64,000 nucleotides of DNA from a virus. Lineage: Duplodnaviria > Heunggongvirae > Uroviricota > Caudoviricetes. The notes under the pieces were generated by a model that saw only the letters and a program-made list of their open reading frames with translations, was not told the origin of the DNA and searched no databases. A program made the position numbers and the translations under genes. Where the stretch lies: the IMG/VR virus record IMGVR_UViG_3300029571_000006; one strand, written 5' to 3'. Shown here one piece after another: positions 38,744-49,413 of this stretch; the first letter of the stretch is position 1; each line of letters begins with the position of its first letter.

Positions 38744-38915
38744 TGACCATCTCCTTTCTACATCTAGGGAACGGACAATCATCGCAGTTTCCATACTGGC
38801 ATTTAAACTCTGGATGATCTGCTATTGCCATTACAACAGCAACCAGAGATGCTGTCACTACAGCCGCAACTACGACTCCAAAACATGCCTCTAGCATATC
38901 AAAACCTCCTATTTA

Positions 38916-39394
38916 ATATCGGCTCCCTGATTTGAACAGCAACTTATTCAAATATAAATATCAGAAAACGCAAATGCGTCACGCAACTTAGTTGCACCTT
39001 TATCGTCGCCGATCACGACTATTATGACCAGCGTCAATGTGTGTTTTCACCAATTTTACACTTACCATATGTGTCATTAAAACCCAAATATCATTTGAGG
39101 AAGAAGTAGCGTTTGTTGTGATTGACATATTATCATTTTATGTACGCTATAATTTTTGTGTTATATGGATATGGAGCTATCGTGTTATGATGAAGAATGC
39201 TTTGCGAAGTGCTTGTCGAACTTGATAATTTTCGCTAGAAAATTTAATATTCTTCTTTTAGATTTATAATCAATGATTCAAATAATCATCTGTTATAAGA
39301 TTTGACCTTCATCGCTGAAAGCCAACAGTTATGTACTGTCAGACACTGATATTACACTCTCCTAAATTACTGTCCAAATCAGAGAGCCGATAGC
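38916..39394. repeat. 479-bp ORF-free segment bounded by 23-bp imperfect terminal inverted repeats (TATCGGCTCYCTGATTTGRACAG). MITE-like or long-range pairing element.
   Basis: Left arm 38916-38940 atatcggctccctgatttgaacagc. Right arm 39369-39394 is its reverse complement with 2 mismatches. Interior is AT-rich with TTGACA...TATAAT. Confidence 0.4.
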
Positions 39395-39397
39395 TCC

Positions 39398-40033
39398 CTA
39401 CTCTGTTACTTCCTGCATACTCAGGAATGTATTCATTACATCCTCGAATGAATCATTCACATCGAACACAGGTGTATACTCTACCTCAGTATTAACTTTT
39501 GCCGTATCAATTTCTGATGAAATCTTATCAGCTTCAGAGATAATTTCCTTCATTGTTTTCTTGGCAGAATCTCTGTCATACGCCTCTTCACTTGTCACTT
39601 TCACATCGTATTTATAATCCACTGGATCTCCTGCGACATTAAATTTGTGACCAATCTCTGTTTCGATACGATTACATGGCTTGAATCTCATCATCAGTGC
39701 AATGGAACCATTGAGCTTCTGTCTATATTTATTAACAGCTGTCGCTGCATCAATATCCAAATCAATGCTTTTCTTAGCCTTATTGATTGCAATGCTGAGC
39801 TTCTCTTTCTCTCCAATGAGAAATCTCATAGCCCGGATCACATCGTCGTTCTGGAAGAATTCTTCCTCCGTCTTAACTTCTTCTCTAAAATCATCAGCGT
39901 CTGGATTTACCTTGTTACAAAGATGCTCTCTTGTCTGAGTAAGGCAATGGTCTCTAACCTGAATACTTATTGCAGCGGCACCAAATACTCTGTCAAGAAA
40001 ATTCTGGTATCTAAATGCTTCTTTTAAATTCAT
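39398..40033 (-). CDS. Hypothetical protein
   Basis: 211-codon ORF. Confidence 0.4.
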   Translation of the reverse strand: MNLKEAFRYQNFLDRVFGAAAISIQVRDHCLTQTREHLCNKVNPDADDFREEVKTEEEFFQNDDVIRAMRFLIGEKEKLSIAINKAKKSIDLDIDAATAVNKYRQKLNGSIALMMRFKPCNRIETEIGHKFNVAGDPVDYKYDVKVTSEEAYDRDSAKKTMKEIISEADKISSEIDTAKVNTEVEYTPVFDVNDSFEDVMNTFLSMQEVTE

Positions 40034-40045
40034 AGCGTCCTCCTT

Positions 40046-40258
40046 TTATAATTTTACCCCGTCATGTGGGATATTGAATTTCTTTACAAACATATCGAAT
40101 TCTTCATCAGGCATCTGTGATAAGTTATCCCTGCACGCATCAACTGAAAGAATTCCATAATCTGCATAACCGAAGAACTCCTGTATTTCTTCATTGGATG
40201 CATGATTCATAATATAATCTATCATCATTTCTTCAATATCCATATGAATCCTCCTCAA
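40046..40258 (-). CDS. Hypothetical small protein
   Basis: 70-codon ORF. Confidence 0.3.
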   Translation of the reverse strand: MRRIHMDIEEMMIDYIMNHASNEEIQEFFGYADYGILSVDACRDNLSQMPDEEFDMFVKKFNIPHDGVKL

Positions 40259-40584
40259 CTGAATTCTTCTTCAATAGCGGCAATCAACGGATCATAATAC
40301 TTATGCTCCGCTTCGATTCTTGCCTCTACCGCTTCCGCATAGTTGTCAAAACATCCTAAATGCATTTTCTTATAATTAACAGTAATGTATGCCTGGTATA
40401 TATTTCTCTTTGGATCAAGCCACACTCCTGTTCTTCCGGTCTTATTGTTCTTCGCAATATTCCCGTTCTTAATTCGATTAACCTGTGTATGATATTTACG
40501 CATAATCTCATAATGCTTTGCAAACCTCATCCTTGCCGCATCAGCTTTCGACATTCTTCCTGCGCTTGTCATAATTTCATTCAT
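40255..40584 (-). CDS. AP2-domain DNA-binding protein
   Basis: GVWLDPKRNIYQAYITVNYKKMHLGCFDNYAEAVEARIEAEHKYY fits the AP2/ERF-like domain pattern (as found in phage HNH-associated proteins). Confidence 0.4.
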   Translation of the reverse strand: MNEIMTSAGRMSKADAARMRFAKHYEIMRKYHTQVNRIKNGNIAKNNKTGRTGVWLDPKRNIYQAYITVNYKKMHLGCFDNYAEAVEARIEAEHKYYDPLIAAIEEEFS

Positions 40585-40713
40585 ATGTATCGCCTTTCTG
40601 CATCTTGTTTACTCTGTCAATACTCACAAGACACATTGTTACCACGCCGGACATAAGTCCAGCGCAGAAACACACTATTCCAACAATCAGAGTTGTCATT
40701 GCATCATCATCTC

Positions 40714-42930
40714 CTATTCGTCTTTGAATTTCTTACCGGAGTCTGATTCGTAAAACATATCTCGCAATGTGCAGATATTTCTCGGAACACTATCTAAATC
40801 CTCTACATCATGAAGTGTTTTAACCCATGCGTAGAACTGATTTGCAAGAGGTGTTACCAATGCCGCTGTTCTTTTCGGGTCAATATATCCTTTCTTAATG
40901 GCTTCATGCGAAATTGATCTCATGAATTTCCAGAAATTGTAGTACGCCAGTTTCAGCTTAACCATGTATCCGTTTGAATCTTCAATAACGAATCCCTCGA
41001 TGCGTCTTCCGTCATACTTGTAATCTTCATCCATTACCATATTGTACCAATCAAAGAAGTCCTGCCATGTTTCAATCTCATATCCCAATTCTTTATGAGG
41101 AATGTTGAGAGATTCAGCAACAGTACACATCTCCTCAAAACTAAGCTTCTGGAATTTCATATCATTTGATACGATATCCAGCAGAAATACTCTGCTCTCC
41201 GGATACTTAATAATGTGAGGGTCTCTTTCCATGTCTACATTTTCAAATACAAATGATACGTCATGCTCTTTACAATAAGCATTGATCTTATCAAGAGTAT
41301 CGTCACCAAGCTGTGTATGAAGTGCTTCAGCAAACCATTCAGCATATGACCCTTCCGGATTTGACTTAGTAGTCACAAACAGTTTTCCTGTTTCTGGATT
41401 ATTGGATACGATTCCAAGATATCCATTCTCCTTGACGTATGCCCTCACAGGGAATGCCAACTTATCCTGCAGCTTGTCTAATTCTGTCTCTGGTCTTTCG
41501 TTGATGTTAAAGAACTTATCATAAGCTCTGGCAACAATTTTCTGTTTTGGAATATCGATGTATAATCCTCTTGCCTTTGTTGTCTGCTCGTCCCAGATTT
41601 TGTCATAAAACGCTGTTTTGGTGAAGTTAAATGATGAGATATCTCCATACTGCTTTTCCTTGATGTACTTATTTCTTCTAAGCTCAAGAATCCACTCTCC
41701 GACGGAATCCGCACCAGCAGACACCTCTTCCGGTTCTCTAAATACTGTATTCTTTACCTCTACCGTATTGAAAGTACCGTCGTTATCGAGGATAACAGCT
41801 CTCAGGCTTCCACCAAACTCAACTCTTCCTTCAAGATTGAAGGCATGATTGTTGACTTTTACCGGAAGTCCTTTTGTATTTCTATGACCATGAATCTGAT
41901 AACAATTTTCATCCATCTTATCCTCGAATGTTGCATCTACCTGCTCAGCATCGTTGTATCTTCCAACACCCTTAATCATCTGACTGGTAGATACCATTGT
42001 GAGATTATCTGGAATCATACTTAACCCAGCATGTGTGGCAAGGACTGTCTTACCTCTGAATTCGTAATAAGCGCACTGACCCATCCGTCTGTAAAGCTTC
42101 CTGATTGACTTCTTATCAATACCGGCTGCTTCGATTTCTGCTTTTGTATGGAATTCAAACTCTTTAGATGCCGTCACTTTATCATGCGCCCAGTCCCATA
42201 ACCACCGCTCATGATTACCCTCAAGAAGCAGCACATTCGGCTTATCATATGTTGAAAGCAAGAATTTCAAGACATCAGCGTTTTCAATTCCTCGATCTGT
42301 GTAATCACCACAGAAGATGTAGAATTCATCATCTTTAAAACCGCCATTCGCTTCAAAATATGTATTCAATGCTGTATTACATCCATGAATATCTCCAATA
42401 TGATGGATACGTTTGTACTGATCCAGATTGAATTTCTTCATAAACACAGCGTTTAACTCATCTGGCTGAATAACCTTAATGCCTGACGGAATTTTCTGTG
42501 TCTCGAACCTTGCATACATCTTATCGATTACTTCTTCCGGCACTCTTTTCAGTTCCTGTCGTCCTCGATTTCTTTCCTTTGTTACCTCGATTGGAACAGT
42601 CGTCATATCAACGCAGTAGATTCGGTATCTGTACTCATCGCACATCTTCTTATATCTATTCATTTCAGATGTTTTAGAGTTAGTAGCATCAATCACAGTA
42701 AACTCGCCATTCTTCATTCTTGTCTCCAAGATATTGAACAGTGTTTTCCACACAATATTATCATTTGCCTGACTGATTGCGTGTGTTCCGTCCGGCATCA
42801 TCTGCGGACTTGAGCACATCATTCTAATATTATCTGCTGATAATGCATACTGTTTTAATCCGTTCTGCTCAATCCATGTGGATTTCCCACATCCTGCGCT
42901 TCCTCTTAATAACAGTAAAACTCTCATGTT
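40714..42930 (-). CDS. Pnkp-like RNA repair enzyme: polynucleotide 5'-kinase + metallophosphoesterase (3'-phosphatase) + nucleotidyltransferase/ligase domain
   Basis: P-loop LLLRGSAGCGKST, phosphoesterase GDIHGC...GDYTDRG...GNHE, ligase motif I KENGYLGIV. RBS GAGAGGTG before MRVLLLL. Confidence 0.6.
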   Translation of the reverse strand, partial: NMRVLLLLRGSAGCGKSTWIEQNGLKQYALSADNIRMMCSSPQMMPDGTHAISQANDNIVWKTLFNILETRMKNGEFTVIDATNSKTSEMNRYKKMCDEYRYRIYCVDMTTVPIEVTKERNRGRQELKRVPEEVIDKMYARFETQKIPSGIKVIQPDELNAVFMKKFNLDQYKRIHHIGDIHGCNTALNTYFEANGGFKDDEFYIFCGDYTDRGIENADVLKFLLSTYDKPNVLLLEGNHERWLWDWAHDKVTASKEFEFHTKAEIEAAGIDKKSIRKLYRRMGQCAYYEFRGKTVLATHAGLSMIPDNLTMVSTSQMIKGVGRYNDAEQVDATFEDKMDENCYQIHGHRNTKGLPVKVNNHAFNLEGRVEFGGSLRAVILDNDGTFNTVEVKNTVFREPEEVSAGADSVGEWILELRRNKYIKEKQYGDISSFNFTKTAFYDKIWDEQTTKARGLYIDIPKQKIVARAYDKFFNINERPETELDKLQDKLAFPVRAYVKENGYLGIVSNNPETGKLFVTTKSNPEGSYAEWFAEALHTQLGDDTLDKINAYCKEHDVSFVFENVDMERDPHIIKYPESRVFLLDIVSNDMKFQKLSFEEMCTVAESLNIPHKELGYEIETWQDFFDWYNMVMDEDYKYDGRRIEGFVIEDSNGYMVKLKLAYYNFWKFMRSISHEAIKKGYIDPKRTAALVTPLANQFYAWVKTLHDVEDLDSVPRNICTLRDMFYESDSGKKFKDE

Positions 42931-43336
42931 TTCACCTCTCATATATTTCTTAGTTGGTTGCATAAGTAACTCCACTCCAGACCTCACTCATTGCCTTTAC
43001 GCATGACGATATTGCAACCACAATAATGCCTCAAGTGCATTACCGATAGTCTTTTCAGTATACTTATAGGAGCAGGGGTGTTAGTGTTTCCCGTCTCAGT
43101 CTACCAAGGTATTTACGAAGCCAGAAAAGGAATAATCGCTCCGTCCGTTGAGGCTACGCCTTACGCATCGCTGAAAAGCTCATCGTTTCGCTTCGATGGT
43201 GCAACTTCCACCTAACCTCTATTTCTTTTACGCCCAAATATATAAACAAATATATGCCAACCACAACATACTTGTTTATATATCCACCTTGGAACCCGAC
43301 CGCTACTCACAGCCGTGATATGTTATCTCAACCGGG

Positions 43337-43510
43337 CGATTTCTCATGCTATCCGAAACAATTTTCTTGCTTCTTTCTTCAATCTTTTAAGGAAAGATTC
43401 CTCTGTATATCTTCCAGCCGGAATATTTCTTAAAGCCTCCTCGCATACAGGGCAGACCATCATTCCTTCAGGTATCACTTCATTGCAGAAAATACATGTA
43501 TTATCTTTGC
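43337..43510 (-). CDS. Small zinc-ribbon protein (57 aa, below the track threshold)
   Basis: MSKDNTCIFCNEVIPEGMMVCPVCEEALRNIP... with two CxxC pairs. Modest RBS. Confidence 0.3.
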
Positions 43511-43515
43511 TCATC

Positions 43516-43731
43516 CTATCTATCCTCTTTCAACTTACTCAGATATTCACATCCAAGCTTATAAAATTCCCTGTGCATAGCCATGTCTTCATCTGTGACA
43601 TCTCCGAGTCGATCAGTTTCTTTCTTAATCATCTTGTTCTGCCTCACAAGCTGTATTGTATTTTGCGTAACTCTAATTATCTGAGTCGCAACTAATACAG
43701 TTGTCATTACAATCAGGTATTTTTCCGCCAT
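43516..43731 (-). CDS. Small membrane protein
   Basis: TM segment LIVMTTVLVATQII. RBS GGAAAGGAAG. Confidence 0.35.
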   Translation of the reverse strand: MAEKYLIVMTTVLVATQIIRVTQNTIQLVRQNKMIKKETDRLGDVTDEDMAMHREFYKLGCEYLSKLKEDR

Positions 43732-43946
43732 TTCATAACACTTCCTTTCCTGTTTAAACTGTAATCTAAAGTACGGTAGCCCGTGTAATCACGCCCAGTA
43801 GATCTTTGATCTTCAGGTTCCTCCTCTTATGGAGGTATTGATTATCAGTGGGTTATGTATATCCTGAAATTATTTCTGGGTTTACGGCGTGCTCAGCATC
43901 TCGTGCTGCCGCGTCTTCCAGCTGCTTGGTGACGGTTATTTTCCTC

Positions 43947-44003
43947 ATCAAGTTGTCACTTCCGCCGACGGCAAGAAGCACTGCAAAGCAGTAATATCAT
44001 TAC
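43947..44003. repeat. Conserved structured element copy A (34-nt box ATCAAGTTGTCACTTCCGCCGACGGCAAGAAGCA + covarying hairpin + TAATATCATTAC)
   Basis: Identical or near-identical box at 51142, 51402 and 53277. Hairpin sequence differs but the stem is preserved. Confidence 0.6.
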
Positions 44004-44006
44004 GGT

Positions 44007-44306
44007 TTAAAACATAATATCTTCTTTCGTGACTTGATCTTTGGACTTCTTATTTGAGTATTCTACCCATGAAATCCATTTGTGATTTTCCGTGACATCT
44101 CCAGTCACATCGTATACTTTCCCTCCAATTCTTGTTCCGAAACAATTATTTTTTGGATCATACATGATTGCTGCGTTGTTCCGAATAAATCTTCTGAATA
44201 AAATAGAAGCAAACCAGTAGCTGTTTCGACCAGAAAATGATTCAATCACGCCATGATTTGCTCCTCCAGAGGTAATCCGATATATAAATTTCATTGCATC
44301 ATTCAT
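44007..44306 (-). CDS. Hypothetical protein
   Basis: 99-codon ORF. Confidence 0.4.
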   Translation of the reverse strand: MNDAMKFIYRITSGGANHGVIESFSGRNSYWFASILFRRFIRNNAAIMYDPKNNCFGTRIGGKVYDVTGDVTENHKWISWVEYSNKKSKDQVTKEDIMF

Positions 44307-44394
44307 AAATCCACCTCTCTTTAGTTATCGGCTACTAATACTTGCGATTTCTTGAGGAAAATTTTCTATATATAGTAGCCGATATTCTTTTTAA

Positions 44395-45267
44395 TTATTT
44401 ACCGTTCGCATCTACAACCGTTGCATCTGCTCCCTGTACCGTAACCCATCCATGCTTCAGACGAGCTTCTGCCTCTGTCATCTGAATAAGTTCCGGTGTA
44501 AGGCTTGCTGATTTTAACTGATTCGCCTCAGCCTCTGCTTTTGCGGCAGTCACTTTGATATCGGCTTCATTCTGCGCCTTAATAAGTGCTGTCTCAGCCT
44601 GTACTTTTGCAGTCTCCTGTTCAACCTGTGCCTGCTGTTTCTGTTGTAATGCCGTTACCCTGTTGTCAATCGACTCTTTCAGCTTATCATCTGGATGAAC
44701 ATCAATAATACTTGCATCTAATACCTGAATGCCATATTCCTTTTCAAATGCATTATTCAAATATTCTGTAATCTTATTGTTGATTTCACTACGATTGCCG
44801 GAATAGATATCCATCATTGAATAGTCTGTTGTAATCTCAGACACCTTTGACTTCAGAACAGTTTTTACTCTGCTATTTACAATAGCCTCTCCGTCCATAC
44901 CTTTGAACTTCTTATATGTATCCACGAGTGTATCCGGATTGAATCTGTAAGACATCTGGAAACTAATTGCGAGCATAGCATCATCAGATGTTGACACTTT
45001 GAATGAATCGTCTCCTTCGCTACCCTCACGACTATCTTTACTCAGGATAATCTGCTCATTACTGATCGTGAAATTCTTTACTTTCTTAGTCGGAGATACT
45101 ATGTTCCAGCCTGTGCTGAGAGTCTCACCGGATACGCCGCCGTTAATGTTGTACACAACACCCTCATATCCCACCGGAATCTTTTCAACGCACATAATTA
45201 CTCCTACAACCACCGTAATCATAACGATAGCTGTAACAATAGCTCCGATTAAACCTTTTTTCTTCAT
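44395..45267 (-). CDS. SPFH/Band-7 (stomatin/prohibitin/HflK-like) membrane protein
   Basis: N-terminal TM, SPFH core (ISFQMSYRFNP...), C-terminal coiled coil. Confidence 0.6.
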   Translation of the reverse strand: MKKKGLIGAIVTAIVMITVVVGVIMCVEKIPVGYEGVVYNINGGVSGETLSTGWNIVSPTKKVKNFTISNEQIILSKDSREGSEGDDSFKVSTSDDAMLAISFQMSYRFNPDTLVDTYKKFKGMDGEAIVNSRVKTVLKSKVSEITTDYSMMDIYSGNRSEINNKITEYLNNAFEKEYGIQVLDASIIDVHPDDKLKESIDNRVTALQQKQQAQVEQETAKVQAETALIKAQNEADIKVTAAKAEAEANQLKSASLTPELIQMTEAEARLKHGWVTVQGADATVVDANGK

Positions 45268-45433
45268 TCTTCTTTCTCCTTTGACTCTGATTCTTTTTCC
45301 TCATAATTGATAATATTAAAAATTCTCTTCATCATTTTCAGGAGAATACCTCCTAAAGGAATAAAGATGAAGGAAATCGCAAGCCATAAACAAAAGGCAG
45401 CAACAATTATCAAAAACCAAAATACTGGATTCA

Positions 45434-45673
45434 TTAGCTTCTACCTCCGTTTTCATTATCCTTTGCATCGAAACCGAATTCGTTGAAAATACCACCATAA
45501 GGCTGGTCTGCATTTATCGTCTTCTCAACTCGATCAAGTCTCTTTTTAATTTCGTTGAATCTTGGGTATGACAAATCGTCTTGCTCATCCAAATACTTCC
45601 ACCCTAATACACATATGACCACCGCAACACATACAATAAATGTACAGATAACAATGCCAATCATAGACACCAC
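45434..45673 (-). CDS. Small membrane protein
   Basis: TM segment IGIVICTFIVCVAVVICVLGW. Confidence 0.35.
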   Translation of the reverse strand: MVSMIGIVICTFIVCVAVVICVLGWKYLDEQDDLSYPRFNEIKKRLDRVEKTINADQPYGGIFNEFGFDAKDNENGGRS

Positions 45674-45778
45674 CTCCTCTTACTCTTCTGCTTTATGATG
45701 TTTTCTACTGCTTTTACATATTCCTCATTATTTGGAGACTTAATTTTAACGACTCTATCAGCGTAATCCTTTCTCCCT

Positions 45779-46237
45779 TTATGATTTATCTGCACGATTC
45801 ATCGCCTTTCCGATTAACTCTAAACCATGTTTGATGCGATCTGCATATTCCTCATCATCTTCAAGGTACTGATATAAAGCATCCTCGTCTTCTTCTCCAT
45901 GTAAGTGACATTCATGAATCCAACTTGTGCCACTCATCTGCATTGGAGGAAATTTCTTTTCATCCGGATGAGTAAACGACTGCCAATAATCATTCTCCCA
46001 ACCGTTAGTGTCTACATCTCCCTCTTCGTATCCTAAATCCTGCAGCACATTAGATACCACATATGGATTGATTGGTGGCATATTGGAGAAATCAACACCA
46101 TAATCATACCGGCTACCGTCAGATTCATTCGGATTGAACTTTGTCACTTCGTTGATTGCCACAAGAATCATATCCATTAAATCTGACTTCTCATCATCGC
46201 TAAGATGATATAGCGACTTTTGCTTATGCAATAACAT
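45779..46237 (-). CDS. Hypothetical acidic protein
   Basis: 152-codon ORF. Confidence 0.35.
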   Translation of the reverse strand: MLLHKQKSLYHLSDDEKSDLMDMILVAINEVTKFNPNESDGSRYDYGVDFSNMPPINPYVVSNVLQDLGYEEGDVDTNGWENDYWQSFTHPDEKKFPPMQMSGTSWIHECHLHGEEDEDALYQYLEDDEEYADRIKHGLELIGKAMNRADKS

Positions 46238-46249
46238 GCAATTTACCTC

Positions 46250-47536
46250 CTAACTGTAGCTCACTTCTGTTTTATCTGTTCTGATTCCGACAAATACCGG
46301 GAACTGTAAACTCTCAAGCCCTGTAACTTTGTCCTGAGATATTTCTTTGTATTTCACTTCACAAAGCAATCCTTCCATATCATCACGGTTATTCCAGAAC
46401 TGTTCTCTCTGTTCGTCCGTGAAGCCAGATCCTACTTTTACCTCATTTTCTTTGTACTTCAGAACAAACGCTCCCAATGTACCGGATAATCTACCAGTCC
46501 CTTCTTCACAACGGATAATCGGCAAATCCATCGTATAGAATCTCTTTACTTTCAGAATTCCCTTATGCCTTGTTCTTCGATATGGAACATCTGTGTTAAT
46601 CATCAATCCTTCCTTGTCCTCTCGAACCATCTGTTCTAATAGCTCTTCGATTTTGGACTGATCTGTACCATGATACAGAACTGGTAGAACATTTACAGCA
46701 CCGTCTGTGTCTGCAACTCTCTCTGCAAACTGATTGAGAATATCCCTACGATATCTGTACGTAACTTGTGGCTTTAATGCATCGAAGTCTTTTACCGGAA
46801 TCATGTCAAAAATCGTATAGCAAATCACCGTTTTATTAACATTATCGGAGTTCAGTATTCCAGTAGAAACTCTGAATGCTTCATTGTCACTCAGGTCTCC
46901 TTTATCTTTCAGTGTCAATTCTCCGTCTGCAACAAACCCTGCGACTCTCAACCACGACAATGCATCAGTTATATGTTCCAGTCCTTTATATGGCATACCA
47001 CTTCTTGCAAGCAGCTGCCCTTCATACAGAGTTGCTCTTGCTCCATTAAGCTTTTGTGTAAGCCAGAATTCCGTTCCTTCTTTCAACGGATACTTCTCAA
47101 CGGTATAAGCTTGCTGCACTTCCCATTCCGGGATAAGATTCGGAATAATCTTATTGATTGTCTTAGCCGCAATTCCGAGACGAACTTTCTTTGAAAGCAA
47201 CTGTATATACAACTCTCTCTCATCCATTTCCGGATACTTCACATTTAGAAGCATCTTTACCTGTCTTAATGTTGCATCATCCATACCTCTGAGCCTCGAC
47301 AAATGCTCACAACATTCAAAAATGTCATTAAAAAAGATAAGCTTTTGACCGTCGAAATTTTCTTCAGCCATCAGCTTATCTGTTGATTTTTTCGATATAT
47401 TGTATGTAAGCATTGGGTTAAGTGCAAAATATAGAAATCTTTTAAAGTATGTATCATCGCGATGTGCTTTAATGAGCTCACACTTTGCATTTGCACCGGC
47501 AATGGATTGCAACTTGTAGATATCTTTATAACCCAT
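46250..47536 (-). CDS. ATP-dependent DNA ligase
   Basis: Motif I KLNGARATLY (KxNGxR), motif III FVADGELT, motif IV EGLMINT, motif V LKVKRF. Confidence 0.6.
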   Translation of the reverse strand: MGYKDIYKLQSIAGANAKCELIKAHRDDTYFKRFLYFALNPMLTYNISKKSTDKLMAEENFDGQKLIFFNDIFECCEHLSRLRGMDDATLRQVKMLLNVKYPEMDERELYIQLLSKKVRLGIAAKTINKIIPNLIPEWEVQQAYTVEKYPLKEGTEFWLTQKLNGARATLYEGQLLARSGMPYKGLEHITDALSWLRVAGFVADGELTLKDKGDLSDNEAFRVSTGILNSDNVNKTVICYTIFDMIPVKDFDALKPQVTYRYRRDILNQFAERVADTDGAVNVLPVLYHGTDQSKIEELLEQMVREDKEGLMINTDVPYRRTRHKGILKVKRFYTMDLPIIRCEEGTGRLSGTLGAFVLKYKENEVKVGSGFTDEQREQFWNNRDDMEGLLCEVKYKEISQDKVTGLESLQFPVFVGIRTDKTEVSYS

Positions 47537-47547
47537 CTTTTACCACC

Positions 47548-48669
47548 TTAAACATTGTAATGAATATTTCTTGATACCTTTCTATTGATTACAAGGCATT
47601 CCACTCCTGCGTCTTTTAATGCAGTTTCCATAGCCTTTTCATCCTCACTGTCTCCAAAATAATACTCAACTTTAATCGCATCAGCAGGTATTACATGTGC
47701 GAACTTTCCTGTATCATAGACTGCATTGCAAGGATTGAACGTAATGTCTACATTGTTTCGACCTTTATTATCGTACATATACACATTTTTATCACCATCG
47801 TCACCAAACATATCCATACTGATATCCTTCGCTTTGAAGCTGACTCCATTCTTAAATCTCAGCATAAGGTTATATGACTGCTGCTCTGTGTTTACGATAT
47901 TCAGATCCTTAATCGCATCACAGAATGTCAATCCGGTATTCAGCTCAGTTGCGATAGCGCGCAAGCAGTCATAGTTTAAGCTGATTTTATTTGAGAAAGA
48001 AATAACATTATCAATTTCTTTCTGGTATTCTTGCTGCAATTTATCTGTCAGATATTCTCGGATCTCATTTGCAGACGGATACTCAAATCTAAAATGATAA
48101 TGGAACCGCCCCGGTCTGTTAATCAGATACTCATTCAGTTTATACAGCTCATTGCAAGTCACGACAAACAGTTTCTTGCCTGACGATAACCCGTCAAATA
48201 AAGATAATAGATTTGTTTGTGGCGACGCTTCTCCTGCTTTTGACTTAACTTCTCCGAATGTTTTATCGAATTCATCAAACAGAACCATGACTTCCTGTTC
48301 GATGTCTTCTATATAAGAAGCAATACCAGGAATATATCTGTCAACCACAATCATTGGAATTCCTCTTTCAATCGCAGCATTTGACAGCATCTTTGCAAAC
48401 AGAGATTTCCCGATTCCTTTGTCTCCGCTAAGGATGACTCCGAGATTTCTATCCTGCCTTTCAAACATATTCATTACTTTGTTTACTTTTTCTGTATGCA
48501 CACCATAAACTTTTGGCTCCTTGATTTCCATATCATTATATTTCTCCAAAAAGAAGCCTCTGATTTCTGAAAATCTTACGACATATGACTGAGCAGGTAA
48601 CTTTTCAAACACTTGCATTGTGTCATCAAAAATATCGTATGTGTTGTCGCCACGGTTAATTGCTTTCAT
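47548..48669 (-). CDS. AAA+ ATPase
   Basis: Walker A GVILSGDKGIGKS, Walker B VMVLFDEFDK, sensor-2-like NRPGRFHYHF. Confidence 0.6.
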   Translation of the reverse strand: MKAINRGDNTYDIFDDTMQVFEKLPAQSYVVRFSEIRGFFLEKYNDMEIKEPKVYGVHTEKVNKVMNMFERQDRNLGVILSGDKGIGKSLFAKMLSNAAIERGIPMIVVDRYIPGIASYIEDIEQEVMVLFDEFDKTFGEVKSKAGEASPQTNLLSLFDGLSSGKKLFVVTCNELYKLNEYLINRPGRFHYHFRFEYPSANEIREYLTDKLQQEYQKEIDNVISFSNKISLNYDCLRAIATELNTGLTFCDAIKDLNIVNTEQQSYNLMLRFKNGVSFKAKDISMDMFGDDGDKNVYMYDNKGRNNVDITFNPCNAVYDTGKFAHVIPADAIKVEYYFGDSEDEKAMETALKDAGVECLVINRKVSRNIHYNV

Positions 48670-48993
48670 TGTATTAAATTCCTCCTTTTTTTATTTTACT
48701 CACAATCCGTATGCGTAATCTCTGGTTCTCTAATGTCGAACCAAAGAGATTAGCATATGCAGGTTATTCGTATGCCATCGTAAAAACTTTTGCTGTTTTC
48801 AAAATTTGATCTTTAACGTAGTTAAATGATCTTATTTTGGAAACGTAAAAGTTTTGAGATGCAAGAACCATTGTCGAACTCTCGCTGACAGCAGGAGTGA
48901 TTGCAAATATGTATCGCTGTCGTATTAAATACTTTCGCTAAAAACAATCCATTTTCATTGTGAGTATACTAATGCATTATGTGCAGTAATACC

Positions 48994-49404
48994 TTATCCC
49001 CAAAGTAGTTCATCAAGAGCTTTGTCTATAGTATCAAAAATTCCATCAACGTATTCATATTTTGCCGTCTCTGGATTCATTTCTGATATAATATCCTCTC
49101 CATCATTCTTTAATTGATGTACTATTGCCCCTTCAAAATCATTCTTCTTGATTTCTACTCTGATACCATACATTGCATAATCAGAAAATGTCAGAACAAA
49201 CAAATCCTGACCATTCTCTATATGTTTCCTTACAACTTTTCTTACATTATTATATAAAGCTCTCGGGTGTCGTAAAAGCATCGAATTTTCTGGAAATACC
49301 ATTTTAGGAGCATATTGATATACATATCCGTTTTCAGATATGACTTTCTCAAACAGTGATTCCACATCCGCCCCTTCTTGTCCAGAAACTATAATAAGTT
49401 TCAT
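48994..49404 (-). CDS. Hypothetical protein
   Basis: 136-codon ORF. Confidence 0.35.
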   Translation of the reverse strand: MKLIIVSGQEGADVESLFEKVISENGYVYQYAPKMVFPENSMLLRHPRALYNNVRKVVRKHIENGQDLFVLTFSDYAMYGIRVEIKKNDFEGAIVHQLKNDGEDIISEMNPETAKYEYVDGIFDTIDKALDELLWG

Positions 49405-49413
49405 ACCTTTCTC

